32,000 nucleotides of DNA from Phycisphaera mikurensis NBRC 102666 (GCF_000284115.1 NC_017080.1:2280001-2312000), one strand, 5' to 3'; numbered from the stretch's first letter, positions 17,820 through 27,328 are shown. Made by a program: numbers and translations. The notes: generated by a model from the letters alone, not told the origin.

Positions 17820-19391
17820 ATGACGACGCTTTCCTCCTCCGCCGCGGCGTCCGCCCGCGACGCCTCCGCCCCGCCGCCGCCCGCGGGCGCCGGCGAACGG
17901 ACGCGCTACCCGGTCCGCAGCCGCCGCTCCCGCGTCGCGGTCGACCGGGTCTTCCAGATCGTCTGCATCGCCGCGGCCGTGCTGGCGATCTCGCTGCTGG
18001 TCGTGCTGATCGTCGCGATCACCTTCCGCGGCGCCCCGCGGCTCTTCGGGCACTTCGGCGAGTTCCTCACCGGCTTCCACAGCTCCAATCCGCTGGAGGC
18101 CGGGATCGCCGCGGCCATCGTGGGCACGCTGTGGCTGCTGCTGGTGTGCGCCATCTCGGCCATCCCCCTGGGCGTCGGCACCGCCGTGCTGCTGGAGGAG
18201 TACCGCCCCAAGAACCGCTTCCTCCGCTGGCTGCACGGGCTCGTGCAGCTGAACATCACCAACCTCGCCGGCGTGCCGTCAATCGTCTACGGCATCCTCG
18301 GCCTCACGGTGTTCGCCGGCTTCATCGCCTTCAACGACCGCATCGGCGACCCGCTGGTGACGGTCGGCCAGAGCTGGTTCCGCACCTACGAGAGCGTCGG
18401 CGGGGAATACTTCTACGTGCCGGTGGCGACGCGGGCCGAGGCCGAGGACGGCACGCCCGCCGCGCCCGGCATGGCTTTCCTCGATGCGCCGCGGACCGGA
18501 GCCGCCTCGGCCGAGGTCGACGTGCGGTCCGCGGCCGAGGTCGCCGGCGTCGAGCGTGCCGTCGACGAGGCGATCCGCGGGCTGGAGCGGAAGATCAAGA
18601 CCGAGCTGCGGGCGGCGCAGGAGGGCGGCCGCGGGCCCGCCGCGATCGACGACGCGAAGGCGTCCGCCATGGCGGCCGCCGTCTTCGACGGCGTGACGAT
18701 GAGGGCGGACCTCGGCGAGCTTTCCGGCATCGCCACCGCCTCCTTCCGGGCGATGGACGGCCAGGAGAGCATGACCCTGATGCGGTCGCGCCGCGAGCTC
18801 GCGGCCGAGCTGACCGCCGCGGAGATCAAGGCCAACGGCGTGGGCAACGTCGTCGCCGCCGGCACCGCCTCCACCCCGATCGACCACAAGGCCGCGTACT
18901 ACATGCAGCTGCCCTTCGGCCGCGGCCTGCTCGCCGGCGGGCTGACGCTGATGCTGGTGATCCTGCCGATCATCATCGTCGCCAGCCAGGAGGCGATCCG
19001 CTCGGTCCCGCCGTCCATGCGCGCCGGCTGCCTCGCGCTGGGCGGCACGAAGTGGCAGGCGATCCAGAAAGTCGTCTTGCCCTCGGCCATCCCGGGCATC
19101 TGCACCGGCAGCATCCTCGCGATGAGCCGCGCCATCGGCGAGGCCGCCCCGCTGCTGATGATCGGTGCCGTCTTTCTCACCTTCGTCCCCGGCCCCAAGC
19201 CCTTCTTCGGCGACGGCAACCTGACCGACAGCTTCACCGCCCTGCCGCTGCAGATCTTCTCGTGGACGAGCATGCCCGCCGACGGCTTCCGCGACGCCGC
19301 CGCGGCGGGCATCATCGTGCTGCTGGCAATCCTCCTGGTCTTCAACCTCGCCGCCATCCTCATCCGCCAGAAGTACACCGCCAAGGATTGA
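17820..19391 (+). CDS. pstA: Phosphate ABC transporter permease PstA with large internal insertion
   Basis: [17 protein letters not shown]...[18 protein letters not shown]...[77 protein letters not shown]; 523 aa. Confidence 0.93.
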   Translation: MTTLSSSAAASARDASAPPPPAGAGERTRYPVRSRRSRVAVDRVFQIVCIAAAVLAISLLVVLIVAITFRGAPRLFGHFGEFLTGFHSSNPLEAGIAAAIVGTLWLLLVCAISAIPLGVGTAVLLEEYRPKNRFLRWLHGLVQLNITNLAGVPSIVYGILGLTVFAGFIAFNDRIGDPLVTVGQSWFRTYESVGGEYFYVPVATRAEAEDGTPAAPGMAFLDAPRTGAASAEVDVRSAAEVAGVERAVDEAIRGLERKIKTELRAAQEGGRGPAAIDDAKASAMAAAVFDGVTMRADLGELSGIATASFRAMDGQESMTLMRSRRELAAELTAAEIKANGVGNVVAAGTASTPIDHKAAYYMQLPFGRGLLAGGLTLMLVILPIIIVASQEAIRSVPPSMRAGCLALGGTKWQAIQKVVLPSAIPGICTGSILAMSRAIGEAAPLLMIGAVFLTFVPGPKPFFGDGNLTDSFTALPLQIFSWTSMPADGFRDAAAAGIIVLLAILLVFNLAAILIRQKYTAKD

Positions 19392-19440
19392 TCGCCCGGA
19401 GCCCGCACGCCCCGCGCCCGGCCCACGAGGAGCCTTCCCG

Positions 19441-20328
19441 ATGCCCACGACCATGACCCAACCCACCGAGCCCTCCGCCTCGCCAGAAGCCGGCGCCCCG
19501 CCGCGGGTCGCACCGCCCTCGCCCACCGCCGCCCTCGGCGGCGACGTGCAGGAAAGCGTCGACCTCGACGACGCCCCCACGCTGCTCGAGCTCCGCGGGT
19601 TTTCCTGCTGGTACGGAGACTTCCAGGCCTGCCATGACATCAGCCTGGCGATCCCCGCGAACAAGGTCACGGCCTTCATCGGGCCCTCCGGCTGCGGCAA
19701 GTCGACGCTGCTGCGATGGATCAACCGCATGAACGACCTCGTGCCCGGCGCCCGCGCCGAGGGGCAGGTCAGCCTGCACGGCGAGAACCTGCTGGACCGC
19801 AGCGTCGACGTCGTTTCGCTCCGCCGGCGCATCGGGATGGTCTTCCAGCGGCCCAACCCCTTCTCCAAGAGCATCTACGACAACGTGGCCTTCGGGCCGC
19901 GGCTGCACTACAAGCTCAGCCGATCGCAGACCGACGACCTCGTCGAGGCGTCGCTGCGCGGCTCGGCCCTCTGGGACGAGGTGAAGGACCGGCTGAAGCA
20001 GTCGGCGCTGGGCCTCTCCGGCGGCCAGCAGCAGCGGCTGTGCATCGCCCGGGCGATCGCCGCCGAGCCGGAGATCCTGCTGATGGACGAGCCCTGCTCG
20101 GCGCTGGACCCCAAGAGCACCGTCGCCATCGAGGACCTGATGGCCGAGCTCAAGAAGAAGTACACGATCGCGATCGTGACGCACAACATGCAGCAGGCGG
20201 CCCGCGCCAGCGACCAGACCGCGTTCCTCTTCGAGGGCAAGCTCATCGAGTGCGGCGCCACCCGCCGGGTCTTCACCAAGCCCAACAGCGAGCAGACGGA
20301 GAATTACATCACCGGCCGGTTCGGCTGA
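19441..20328 (+). CDS. pstB: Phosphate ABC transporter ATP-binding protein
   Basis: Walker [26 protein letters not shown]; signature [32 protein letters not shown]; ends YITGRFG. Confidence 0.96.
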   Translation: MPTTMTQPTEPSASPEAGAPPRVAPPSPTAALGGDVQESVDLDDAPTLLELRGFSCWYGDFQACHDISLAIPANKVTAFIGPSGCGKSTLLRWINRMNDLVPGARAEGQVSLHGENLLDRSVDVVSLRRRIGMVFQRPNPFSKSIYDNVAFGPRLHYKLSRSQTDDLVEASLRGSALWDEVKDRLKQSALGLSGGQQQRLCIARAIAAEPEILLMDEPCSALDPKSTVAIEDLMAELKKKYTIAIVTHNMQQAARASDQTAFLFEGKLIECGATRRVFTKPNSEQTENYITGRFG

Positions 20329-20344
20329 GGCGTCGGCGGGACGT

Positions 20345-20680
20345 TCAGCCCCGCCCCGCCGGCGGCCGAGCCAGCAGCCGCTCCACCTCCTCGGCCAGCC
20401 CGGCGGCCGCGGCGGGCACTCCCGCCGCCCCGAAGGCCCGTTGCAGCGCACGCCGGTGCTGGCCGAGCAGGACGCGAGCCCGCGTGCGGCCGATCGGCTC
20501 GCCCTCGGCGCCGACAAGCCGCCCCGCCAGCACGTGCAGCCCGACCAGCGCGGGCGTTGCCGCGCGCCAGCGGCGGCCGTCCTCGTCGTCGGGCAGCGCC
20601 GCCGCGGCCTGCGCCAGCGCGACCCCGCCGGCGAGCACGCCGAGGGCTTCCCCCTCCGATGGGCCGCCGTCTGCGGTCAT
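20345..20680 (-). CDS. Hypothetical protein (111 aa)
   Basis: ORF MTADGGPSEGEALGVLAGGVALAQAAAALPDDEDGRRWRAATPALVGLHVLAGRL...; fills a gap convergent with pstB. Confidence 0.45.
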   Translation of the reverse strand: MTADGGPSEGEALGVLAGGVALAQAAAALPDDEDGRRWRAATPALVGLHVLAGRLVGAEGEPIGRTRARVLLGQHRRALQRAFGAAGVPAAAAGLAEEVERLLARPPAGRG

Positions 20681-20709
20681 GCCCGACCGTAGCCGCTCTA
20701 CCCTTGGCC

Positions 20710-21516
20710 GTGGCTGCCCGCGGACCGTGGACGAAATCCGCCCGGAACCGGCCCGGTCCGCGGCGCGGGCTCGGGGCGCTCGCGCTGTGCCTCGCCGCGG
20801 GCGTCGCGGCGCAGGACGTCCCGCCCGCCGCGAGCCTCCCCCACGTCCGGGTCGACCGGGAGGCCGGCATCGTCGAGTTCGCCGCGGAGGTCATCGGTCG
20901 CGAGGCGGACTGGCTCGAGCTGCTGGTCTGCAGCGCCGGCGGCCGCGAGCACGAGTCGCTGCTGCGCACCGAGGCGGCCCCGTCGCACGTCCACCTCGGC
21001 CTGGTGATGATCGGCCTGGAACCCGGCCGGCCCGCGGGCGTGGGGCCCGGTGGCGCCGCCATCTCGCCGGCGGGCCCGGGGCTGCGGGTGACGCTGCACA
21101 GCCCCGACGGAGCCTTCCCCGCGGCCGAGGCGGGCGGGTGGCTGCTCGACCGCACCGCGGGCCGGACGCTGGCCCGGGCCGGCTGGCGCTTCACCGGATC
21201 CCGCGTCCTGGAGGACGCCGCCGGCCCGGCTTACCTCGCCGACGTCAACGGCACGCTGCTCTCGCTGGTCTCCTTCGGCGACGACCTCGTGCTGCTGGAC
21301 CTCGCCGCCGAGCGAGCGCTGAACGCGGGCAACGACGGCCAGCGCTTCGCCGCCTCTTCGGCCGTGCCCGGCGCCGGCACGGCGGTGCTCGTGCGGCTCG
21401 GCGCGGCCGGAGGCGGACCCGCCGGAGGGGCCGCAGTTGACACCGGGCCGGACCGGCCGGACACTCCGGGCCCCTCCCCGGAGAACGCTCCGGATCCCCC
21501 GCAGGACGCCGAATGA
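20710..21516 (+). CDS. YdjY-domain-like secreted protein
   Basis: Signal-like LGALALCLAAGVAAQD, then LPHVRVDREAGIVEFAAEVIGREADWLELLVCSAGGREHESLLRTEAAPSHVHLGLVMIGLEPG. GTG start inferred. Confidence 0.7.
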   Translation: MAARGPWTKSARNRPGPRRGLGALALCLAAGVAAQDVPPAASLPHVRVDREAGIVEFAAEVIGREADWLELLVCSAGGREHESLLRTEAAPSHVHLGLVMIGLEPGRPAGVGPGGAAISPAGPGLRVTLHSPDGAFPAAEAGGWLLDRTAGRTLARAGWRFTGSRVLEDAAGPAYLADVNGTLLSLVSFGDDLVLLDLAAERALNAGNDGQRFAASSAVPGAGTAVLVRLGAAGGGPAGGAAVDTGPDRPDTPGPSPENAPDPPQDAE

Positions 21517-21788
21517 TGAAGACAGTTTCCCACCGCAAGCTCACGCTCCTGGCGGCCGTGGCCGGCTCGACGCTCCTGCTCTCGCTCGGCGGCACCGGCT
21601 GCACGAAGGCGCAGCGGATCCGGGCGAACTACACCCCCTACCTCGACAGCACCGCGTACAACAGCGAGCAGGACCGCAACCGGCAGGCCCGCGTCATCGA
21701 CCACAACACCCGGGGGGTCTGGGACGACCTCAACCGGGTGCTCCTCCTCGATCAGCCGTCGCGGCTCTCCCCCTACACCATCCCCTGA
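21513..21788 (+). CDS. Small lipoprotein (91 aa)
   Basis: MMKTVSHRKLTLLAAVAGSTLLLSLGGTGCTKAQRIRANYTPYLDSTAYNSEQDRNRQARVIDHNTRGVWDDLNRVLLLDQPSRLSPYTIP; overlaps the preceding stop by 4 nt. Confidence 0.75.
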   Translation: MMKTVSHRKLTLLAAVAGSTLLLSLGGTGCTKAQRIRANYTPYLDSTAYNSEQDRNRQARVIDHNTRGVWDDLNRVLLLDQPSRLSPYTIP

Positions 21789-21823
21789 TCCCGAGGCGCG
21801 GCGTGGCCCGCTAGCATCCCGGC

Positions 21824-22396
21824 ATGGGACTCGAAGCCACTCTGCCCGCCGACGGGTTCATGACCACGCGGCTCACCAGCGCGATCAACTGGGCCCGCCG
21901 GTCCTCCGTTTGGCCGATGCCGTTCGCGACGGCCTGCTGCGGGATCGAGCTGATGGCCTCCGCCTCCTCCCGCTTCGACCTCGCCCGCTTCGGGGCCGAG
22001 GTGATGCGCTTCTCGCCGCGCCAGGCCGACCTGATGCTGGTGGCCGGCCGCGTGAGCGTCAAGATGATGCCGGTGCTGCAGCGCATCTACGAGCAGATGT
22101 GCGAGCCGAAGTGGGTCGTTTCCATGGGGGCCTGCGCCTCCACCGGCGGCGTCTTCGACACGTACGCGGTCGTCCAGGGCATCGACCAGTACATCCCCGT
22201 CGACGTCTACGTGCCCGGCTGCCCGCCGCGCCCCGAGACGCTGATCGAGGGGATCATGGCGATCCAGCGGATCATCGACGCCGACAACCTGCCGCGTGAT
22301 CCCGACGGCCTCCGCCAGCCGCTGGGCATCACCGTGGAGCCGACGTACACGCCGCGGCCGATCCCGGTGGGCATCTCCGCCGCCTCCCGCGCCTGA
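21824..22396 (+). CDS. nuoB: NADH-quinone oxidoreductase subunit B
   Basis: [79 protein letters not shown]...[19 protein letters not shown]; all FeS-ligand cysteines present. Confidence 0.95.
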   Translation: MGLEATLPADGFMTTRLTSAINWARRSSVWPMPFATACCGIELMASASSRFDLARFGAEVMRFSPRQADLMLVAGRVSVKMMPVLQRIYEQMCEPKWVVSMGACASTGGVFDTYAVVQGIDQYIPVDVYVPGCPPRPETLIEGIMAIQRIIDADNLPRDPDGLRQPLGITVEPTYTPRPIPVGISAASRA

Positions 22397-22510
22397 AACC
22401 GCTCCCGGGCCGCTCCCGCCGGCGACGGCGATGAGCTGCCCGGGGAATGCCGGGCGTGCGACTGCGTACGCGACGAGCGGGCAATCCCGCTCCGCCGCCG
22501 CCGGTCGGGC

Positions 22511-23563
22511 TCAGGCCTTGGCGGCGCCGTCCGCATCGACCTCGACCGCCTTGCCGTCCTGCAGCTCGACGGGGTTGAGCCAGGGCATCATGCGGCGCAG
22601 CTCCTTGCCGACGCCCTCGACGCCGTGGCCTGCATTCTCGGCGCGCTGCTTCTTGAACCAGGCGAAGCCGTTGGCGTAATCGTCGCGGAAGGCCTTGGCG
22701 AAGCTGCCGTCCTGGATGTGCGTCAACGCGTCCTTCATCCGCTGCTTGCTGGCGTCGTCGACGATCTTCGGACCGGTGTAGTAGTCGCCGAACTCGGCGG
22801 TGTTGCTGATGCTGTACCGCATGTAGTCCAGGCCGCCGCGCTTGATCAAGTTGATGATCAGCTCGAGCTCGTGGCAGACCTCGAAGTAGGCGAGCTCCTC
22901 GGGGTAGCCGGCCTCGGTGAGGACCTCGAAGCCCTTCTTGATCGACTCGGACAGGCCGCCGCAGAGCACGACCTGCTCGCCGAAGAGGTCGGTCTCGCAC
23001 TCGTCCTTGAAGTTGGTGACGAGGATGCCGCCCTTGCCGCCGCCGACGCCGATGGCGTAGGCGAGCGCCTTCTCCCGCGCGGAGCCGGTCGCGTCCTGGT
23101 GGACGGCCAGCAGGGCGGGCACGCCGCCGCCGCGCTCGTACTCCCAGCGGACGGTGTGGCCGGGGCCCTTGGGGGCGACCATCACCACGTCGACGTTCTG
23201 AGGCGGATCGATCGTCTTGAAGTGCACGTTGAAGCCGTGCGTGAAGAGCAGCGTCTGGCCGTCGCGGAGGTTCGGAGCGATGTCCTGCTCGTAGACGCCG
23301 GGCTGCACCTCGTCGGGCAGGCAGACCGAGACGAGATCGGCCTTGCTCACGGCCTCGGCGACGGGCGTGGGCGTGAAGCCGTGCTTGCTGGCGAGCTTGC
23401 CGTTGGCGGAGTCGGGCCGGTTGGCGACGATGACCGTGAGGCCCGAGTCGCGGAGGTTCTGGGCGTGGGCGTGGCCCTGGCTGCCGTAGCCGAGAACGGC
23501 GATGGTCTTGCCTTGGAGCGGCGCGAGGGAGCCGTCCTTCTCGTAGAGCGTTTCGATGGCCAT
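22511..23563 (-). CDS. ilvC: Ketol-acid reductoisomerase
   Basis: MAIETLYEKDGSLAPLQGKTIAVLGYGSQGHAHAQNLRDSG...VAPKGPGHTVRWEYERGGGVPALLAVHQD...DECETDLFGEQVVLCGG...SISNTAEFGDY. Confidence 0.96.
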   Translation of the reverse strand: MAIETLYEKDGSLAPLQGKTIAVLGYGSQGHAHAQNLRDSGLTVIVANRPDSANGKLASKHGFTPTPVAEAVSKADLVSVCLPDEVQPGVYEQDIAPNLRDGQTLLFTHGFNVHFKTIDPPQNVDVVMVAPKGPGHTVRWEYERGGGVPALLAVHQDATGSAREKALAYAIGVGGGKGGILVTNFKDECETDLFGEQVVLCGGLSESIKKGFEVLTEAGYPEELAYFEVCHELELIINLIKRGGLDYMRYSISNTAEFGDYYTGPKIVDDASKQRMKDALTHIQDGSFAKAFRDDYANGFAWFKKQRAENAGHGVEGVGKELRRMMPWLNPVELQDGKAVEVDADGAAKA

Positions 23564-23729
23564 GTCTGCCGGGATCCTTGGGTGCGTGGGAGCCCCCGGA
23601 GCCGCGTGGCCCGCGCGGCGGCCCACCGTAGAAGCCGCCCCCGCGGGCGTCAACGCCGGCGGCGGGCCCCGCGGACCGCGGCGTCCGGGCGGCTTTTCGC
23701 GTCGCGATCCGCGGGCGGGGCACGCCCGC

Positions 23730-24728
23730 TCACGAGCGCCGGCGCAGCGCCCCCATCGCGATGCCCAGCCCGGGCAGCCGGGGCTCGATCTCCCGGGCGA
23801 AGCGGGCGGCATCGACGCCGTAGCCCTTGGTGGAGGCGACGCCGGGGCACGCGGCGGCGAAGAAGGCCGCGAAGCGGGCCATCAGGAGCTCGCGGCTGTA
23901 CTTGGCCGCCATCGACGCGAGCGCGACCGGCAGGTGCCGCTCCTCGGCTTGCACCTCGAAGCGGACGAGCATCCACCGGCCGTCGCCGAGCAGGCGGTAC
24001 GCGGACAGGGACGGGGTCTCGGCCAGCACCTCCAGCCGGGCCCCGGGGAGCGCCGCGCGCAGCGCGGCCCCGTAGCGGGTCCGGCCGCCCTGCCGGTCGA
24101 CGGCGACGACGGGCCCGTCGCCGCCGCGGGTCCGCCAGAGCTCGCGCAGCCGGCCCATCGCGCGGGCGAGGTTGACGGCGGCCTTGCCGCCGGGTCCACC
24201 CGCCTCGGCGTTGAAGGCGTCCTCCAGGACCACCGCGACGGAGAACGGCGCGGCGGCGACGCCGATGCGGGCCGCGGCGGCGGCGAGCTGGCCCCGCGCG
24301 ACCGCGAGCTCGCCGGCCGGCACGGAAGCGGGCAGCGGGGGCGTCGGAGCGGCCCGGTACCACGGCGGCAGCGGCGTCGGCAGCCCGGCGGCGACGGCGT
24401 CGAACCAGGCCGCCTCGGTCGCGGGCCGCTGCCCCGCGAGGTCCGCGAAGGCCAGCACCCCGCGCTCGAGGTGGGCGAGCCCGGCGGCCCGGCCGGTCAG
24501 CTTCTTCGAGTCGTTCACCGGGATGCGGCCCGAACGCCGGGCCTCGCCGACGGTGCGGCAGACCACGCGGGAGAGCCGGGCCCAGAGGTCCGGCGGCCGC
24601 CACGCGAGCGGGTCGGGGCCGGCGGCGGGGCTCGGCAGCGCGCCGATCTCCAGCACGCACCGGCCGACGGTGAGCGGGCCGAACAGCGGGCCGTAGCCCG
24701 CTTCGTCGATGCCGGCGTAGACGAGCAT
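23730..24728 (-). CDS. RNase HII-like protein, enlarged and divergent
   Basis: GIDEAGYGPLFGPLTVG (RNase HII-type DEAG motif), NDSKKLT, VAVDRQGG, ASMAAKYSRELLM, STKGYG; 332 aa. Confidence 0.75.
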   Translation of the reverse strand: MLVYAGIDEAGYGPLFGPLTVGRCVLEIGALPSPAAGPDPLAWRPPDLWARLSRVVCRTVGEARRSGRIPVNDSKKLTGRAAGLAHLERGVLAFADLAGQRPATEAAWFDAVAAGLPTPLPPWYRAAPTPPLPASVPAGELAVARGQLAAAAARIGVAAAPFSVAVVLEDAFNAEAGGPGGKAAVNLARAMGRLRELWRTRGGDGPVVAVDRQGGRTRYGAALRAALPGARLEVLAETPSLSAYRLLGDGRWMLVRFEVQAEERHLPVALASMAAKYSRELLMARFAAFFAAACPGVASTKGYGVDAARFAREIEPRLPGLGIAMGALRRRS

Positions 24729-24898
24729 GGGCGGACGGGCGGGGCGGGCGAGGGATCGGCGGCGGGCTCGGCGGCGAGGAAGTTTGCGCGGAAGGTTGGG
24801 TTTGTGCCGGCTGGGGGGTAGGTTTCGGTGTCGCGGGTGTTATCGGTCGTTCCGATCGATCCGCCCGCCGCCGGTCCTGCCCGCACCCCCCGATCCCC

Positions 24899-25705
24899 AT
24901 GAAGCCTCTCGCCGCCTCCGCCCCCGCGCTCGCCTTCGCCCTCGCGGCCGTCGTCGCGCCCACGCTCGCCGCCGCCGCCGGGCCGATGCAGCGGCCCAAC
25001 CGCGTCACCGACAACCCGACCTCGACGACCAACAAGGTGCTCGTGGCCGTGCCCACGGCGGACCTCTCCGCCTACGACTTCCTCTACGTCGCCACCGAGG
25101 CCGACCTCGACGCTTACGGCACGCCCGTGGCCGTCGACGGAGCGACGCCCTTCAACAGCACCCTGGTGCTCATGAGCGCCCCGCTGCTGGAGGCCCGCAA
25201 CGGGTTCTGGGGGCGGAACTTCCTGCGGGCGGAGCGGACCGGTTTCCAGACCTACGCCCCCGGCTCCTCCGCGGCGGAGGGCAACAACACGCTCGGCGAG
25301 GAGGTCGCCGCCCTCCGCGATGCGCTGGCCCGGCCGGTGAGCGTCCACGCCGCCGCGGGCCCGCGCCTCAAGGATCTGCCCGCCGGCCTCCGCGGCGACC
25401 CGTGGGCGCTGCTCAACAGCGGCCGGCTCCGCGACGCCGGCTCGGTCTTCGCCGGCCTGCCCGCTTCGCCGCAGCGGGACGCGGGGATGGCGCTCGCCGC
25501 CGCCCTCCTGGGCAAGCTCGACGCCGCGGGCGAGCGGCTCGACGCGATGGACGCGGCTTCGCTCGGCGACCTGCCGATGATGCCGCGCCTCGTCGAGCAG
25601 GCCCGCGGCCTGGCCTCGGAGGCCTACGCGGGGCGGCCGGCCGCCGCGGTGCTGGACGCGATGGCCGACGCCGCGATGCCGGCGTCCGCCGACCTGTCCA
25701 AGTGA
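24899..25705 (+). CDS. Hypothetical secreted protein (268 aa)
   Basis: MKPLAASAPALAFALAAVVAPTLAAAAGPMQRPNRVTDNP...; signal peptide, no recognised domain. Confidence 0.7.
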   Translation: MKPLAASAPALAFALAAVVAPTLAAAAGPMQRPNRVTDNPTSTTNKVLVAVPTADLSAYDFLYVATEADLDAYGTPVAVDGATPFNSTLVLMSAPLLEARNGFWGRNFLRAERTGFQTYAPGSSAAEGNNTLGEEVAALRDALARPVSVHAAAGPRLKDLPAGLRGDPWALLNSGRLRDAGSVFAGLPASPQRDAGMALAAALLGKLDAAGERLDAMDAASLGDLPMMPRLVEQARGLASEAYAGRPAAAVLDAMADAAMPASADLSK

Positions 25706-25737
25706 CCCGCCGGGTCCGGATCCGACGCTCCCGCGGA

Positions 25738-25783
25738 CCGCGGACCGCGGGCCCCCGGGCGCCGCGGGGCCCGCGATCCGCGG
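25738..25783 (+). promoter_or_regulatory. Very GC-rich stem-loop downstream of hypothetical gene / upstream of hflX
   Basis: CCGCGGACCGCGGGCCCC-N10-GGGGCCCGCGATCCGCGG: 17 of 18 pairs, 10-nt loop, no T-tract. Confidence 0.6.
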
Positions 25784-25940
25784 GTTTCGAGCGGCCCGGC
25801 CGAAGGTCCACCCGCTCGGGCGCGACCTACTCTCCGGACCGGGCCGCGGCATCCGCGCCGCCGGCCGAAGCATCCGCTCAACCCCGCTCCCGGCGGAAGG
25901 AACCCGCACCATCGAATCCGGTCTTCGTGAAACCCTCAAG

Positions 25941-27254
25941 GTGGAGTCGGAGCGCGCCGTGCTCGTCGCCGCCCTGCTGCCCGACTTCAACGGCAACCCG
26001 CACGACCCCCTCGACGAGCTCCGCAGCCTCGCGGGCACGGCCGGCGCCCTCCCCGTCGCCGAGATCCTGCAGAAGAAGGGCAAGCCCGAGCCCGCGACCT
26101 TCATCGGCCGCGGCAAGGTGCAAGAGGTCGCCGAGGCGATCCGCCTGCACGAAGCGCAGGTGGTGATCTTTGAGAACGACCTCACCCCGCGGCAGATCGC
26201 CAACCTGGAGGAGCGGGTGGAGGCCAAGGTGGTCGACCGCTCCGAGCTGATCCTGGACATCTTCGCCTCGCGTGCCACCACGCACGAGGCGAGGCTGCAG
26301 GTCGAGCTGGCGCAGCTGCAGTACACCTTCCCGCGCCTCCGCGCGATGTGGAGCCACCTCGAGCGTATCTCCGGCGGCGCCCCCACCGGCATCGGCACGC
26401 GCGGGCCCGGCGAGCAGCAGCTCGAGGTCGACCGGCGGATCGTGCGGAAGAAGCTGGGCCTGCTGCGGAGCCAGATCGCGGAGATCCAGGGCCGCAAGGA
26501 GCGGGCCGTGGCCGCGCGGAACCTCGACCACTTCAGCGTCGGGCTCGTGGGCTACACCAACGCCGGCAAGAGCACGCTCTTCAACAGCCTCACCGCCGCG
26601 GGCACCTACGCCGACGACAAGCTCTTCGCGACGCTGTCGACCAAGACGCGCGAGTGGAAGCTCGGCGGCGGCGACGCCGTGATGCTCTCGGACACGGTCG
26701 GCTTCGTCCGCAACCTGCCCCACCACCTCGTGGCATCGTTCAAGGCGACGCTGGAGGAGGCGGTCCACGCTCACCTGCTGCTGCTCGTGGTCGACGTGAG
26801 CGACCCGCACTGCCTCGACCACCTCAAGACGGTCCGGCACGTGCTCGACGACGTGGGCGCCGGCGAGCGGCCGTTCCTGCTGGTGCTCAACAAGATCGAC
26901 GCGATGGCCCACAACGCCGATCTGCTCGTGCTCGAATCGGAGCACCCCGACGCGATCCGCGTGTCGGCCAAGAGCGGCGACAACCTCGCCGCGTTGACCG
27001 AGGCGGTGCGGGACGCGCTGCACGGCCAGGTGCAGGAGATGGTGCTGACGGTGGATCAGGCCGACGGGAAGGCGATCACGTTCCTGGAGAACCGGACCGA
27101 GGTGCTCGGGCGCGACTACGCCGACACCACGGTCGACTTCCGCGTCCGGATCGGCGGCAACCAGCTCGACCGCCTCCGCGCCATGGACACGACCGCCCGG
27201 CTGCCCGGGGAGGCCGAGGCGCCCCCGTGGCGGGCTTCCCGCACGCCGGCTTGA
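25941..27254 (+). CDS. hflX: GTPase HflX
   Basis: EILQKKGKPEPATFIGRGKVQEVAEAIRLHEAQVVIFENDLTPRQIANLEERVEAKVVDRSELILDIFASRATTHEARLQVELAQLQYTFPRL...GYTNAGKSTLFN...DTVGFVRNLPHHLVASFKATLEE. True start may be further upstream. Confidence 0.94.
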   Translation: MESERAVLVAALLPDFNGNPHDPLDELRSLAGTAGALPVAEILQKKGKPEPATFIGRGKVQEVAEAIRLHEAQVVIFENDLTPRQIANLEERVEAKVVDRSELILDIFASRATTHEARLQVELAQLQYTFPRLRAMWSHLERISGGAPTGIGTRGPGEQQLEVDRRIVRKKLGLLRSQIAEIQGRKERAVAARNLDHFSVGLVGYTNAGKSTLFNSLTAAGTYADDKLFATLSTKTREWKLGGGDAVMLSDTVGFVRNLPHHLVASFKATLEEAVHAHLLLLVVDVSDPHCLDHLKTVRHVLDDVGAGERPFLLVLNKIDAMAHNADLLVLESEHPDAIRVSAKSGDNLAALTEAVRDALHGQVQEMVLTVDQADGKAITFLENRTEVLGRDYADTTVDFRVRIGGNQLDRLRAMDTTARLPGEAEAPPWRASRTPA

Positions 27255-27273
27255 ATCCCCGGCCGCCGCGCGC

Positions 27274-27328
27274 CCGCTCACCCGGTGTACGATCCCGCGG
27301 CATGCGACGCCGCGGGATCCGTGAGCGG
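27274..27328 (+). terminator. Two-tier stem-loop between hflX and pilM-like gene (terminator or leader structure)
   Basis: Outer arms CCGCTCAC/GTGAGCGG enclosing perfect 11-bp inner stem GATCCCGCGGC-ATGCGAC-GCCGCGGGATC; starts 20 nt after the hflX stop; no U-tract. Confidence 0.5.

Noticed and set aside
15649-20328. pst operon as a specialised phosphate/phosphonate island
   Set aside because: Ordinary pstSCAB order; no phoU, phoBR or phn genes in the window. Only the PstA insertion and the pstS-pstC hairpin are noteworthy.
22329-23723. 464-aa minus-strand ORF and 22625-24175 plus-strand ORF over ilvC
   Set aside because: The ilvC frame has unambiguous KARI motifs; the others are alternate-frame reading of the same GC-biased DNA.
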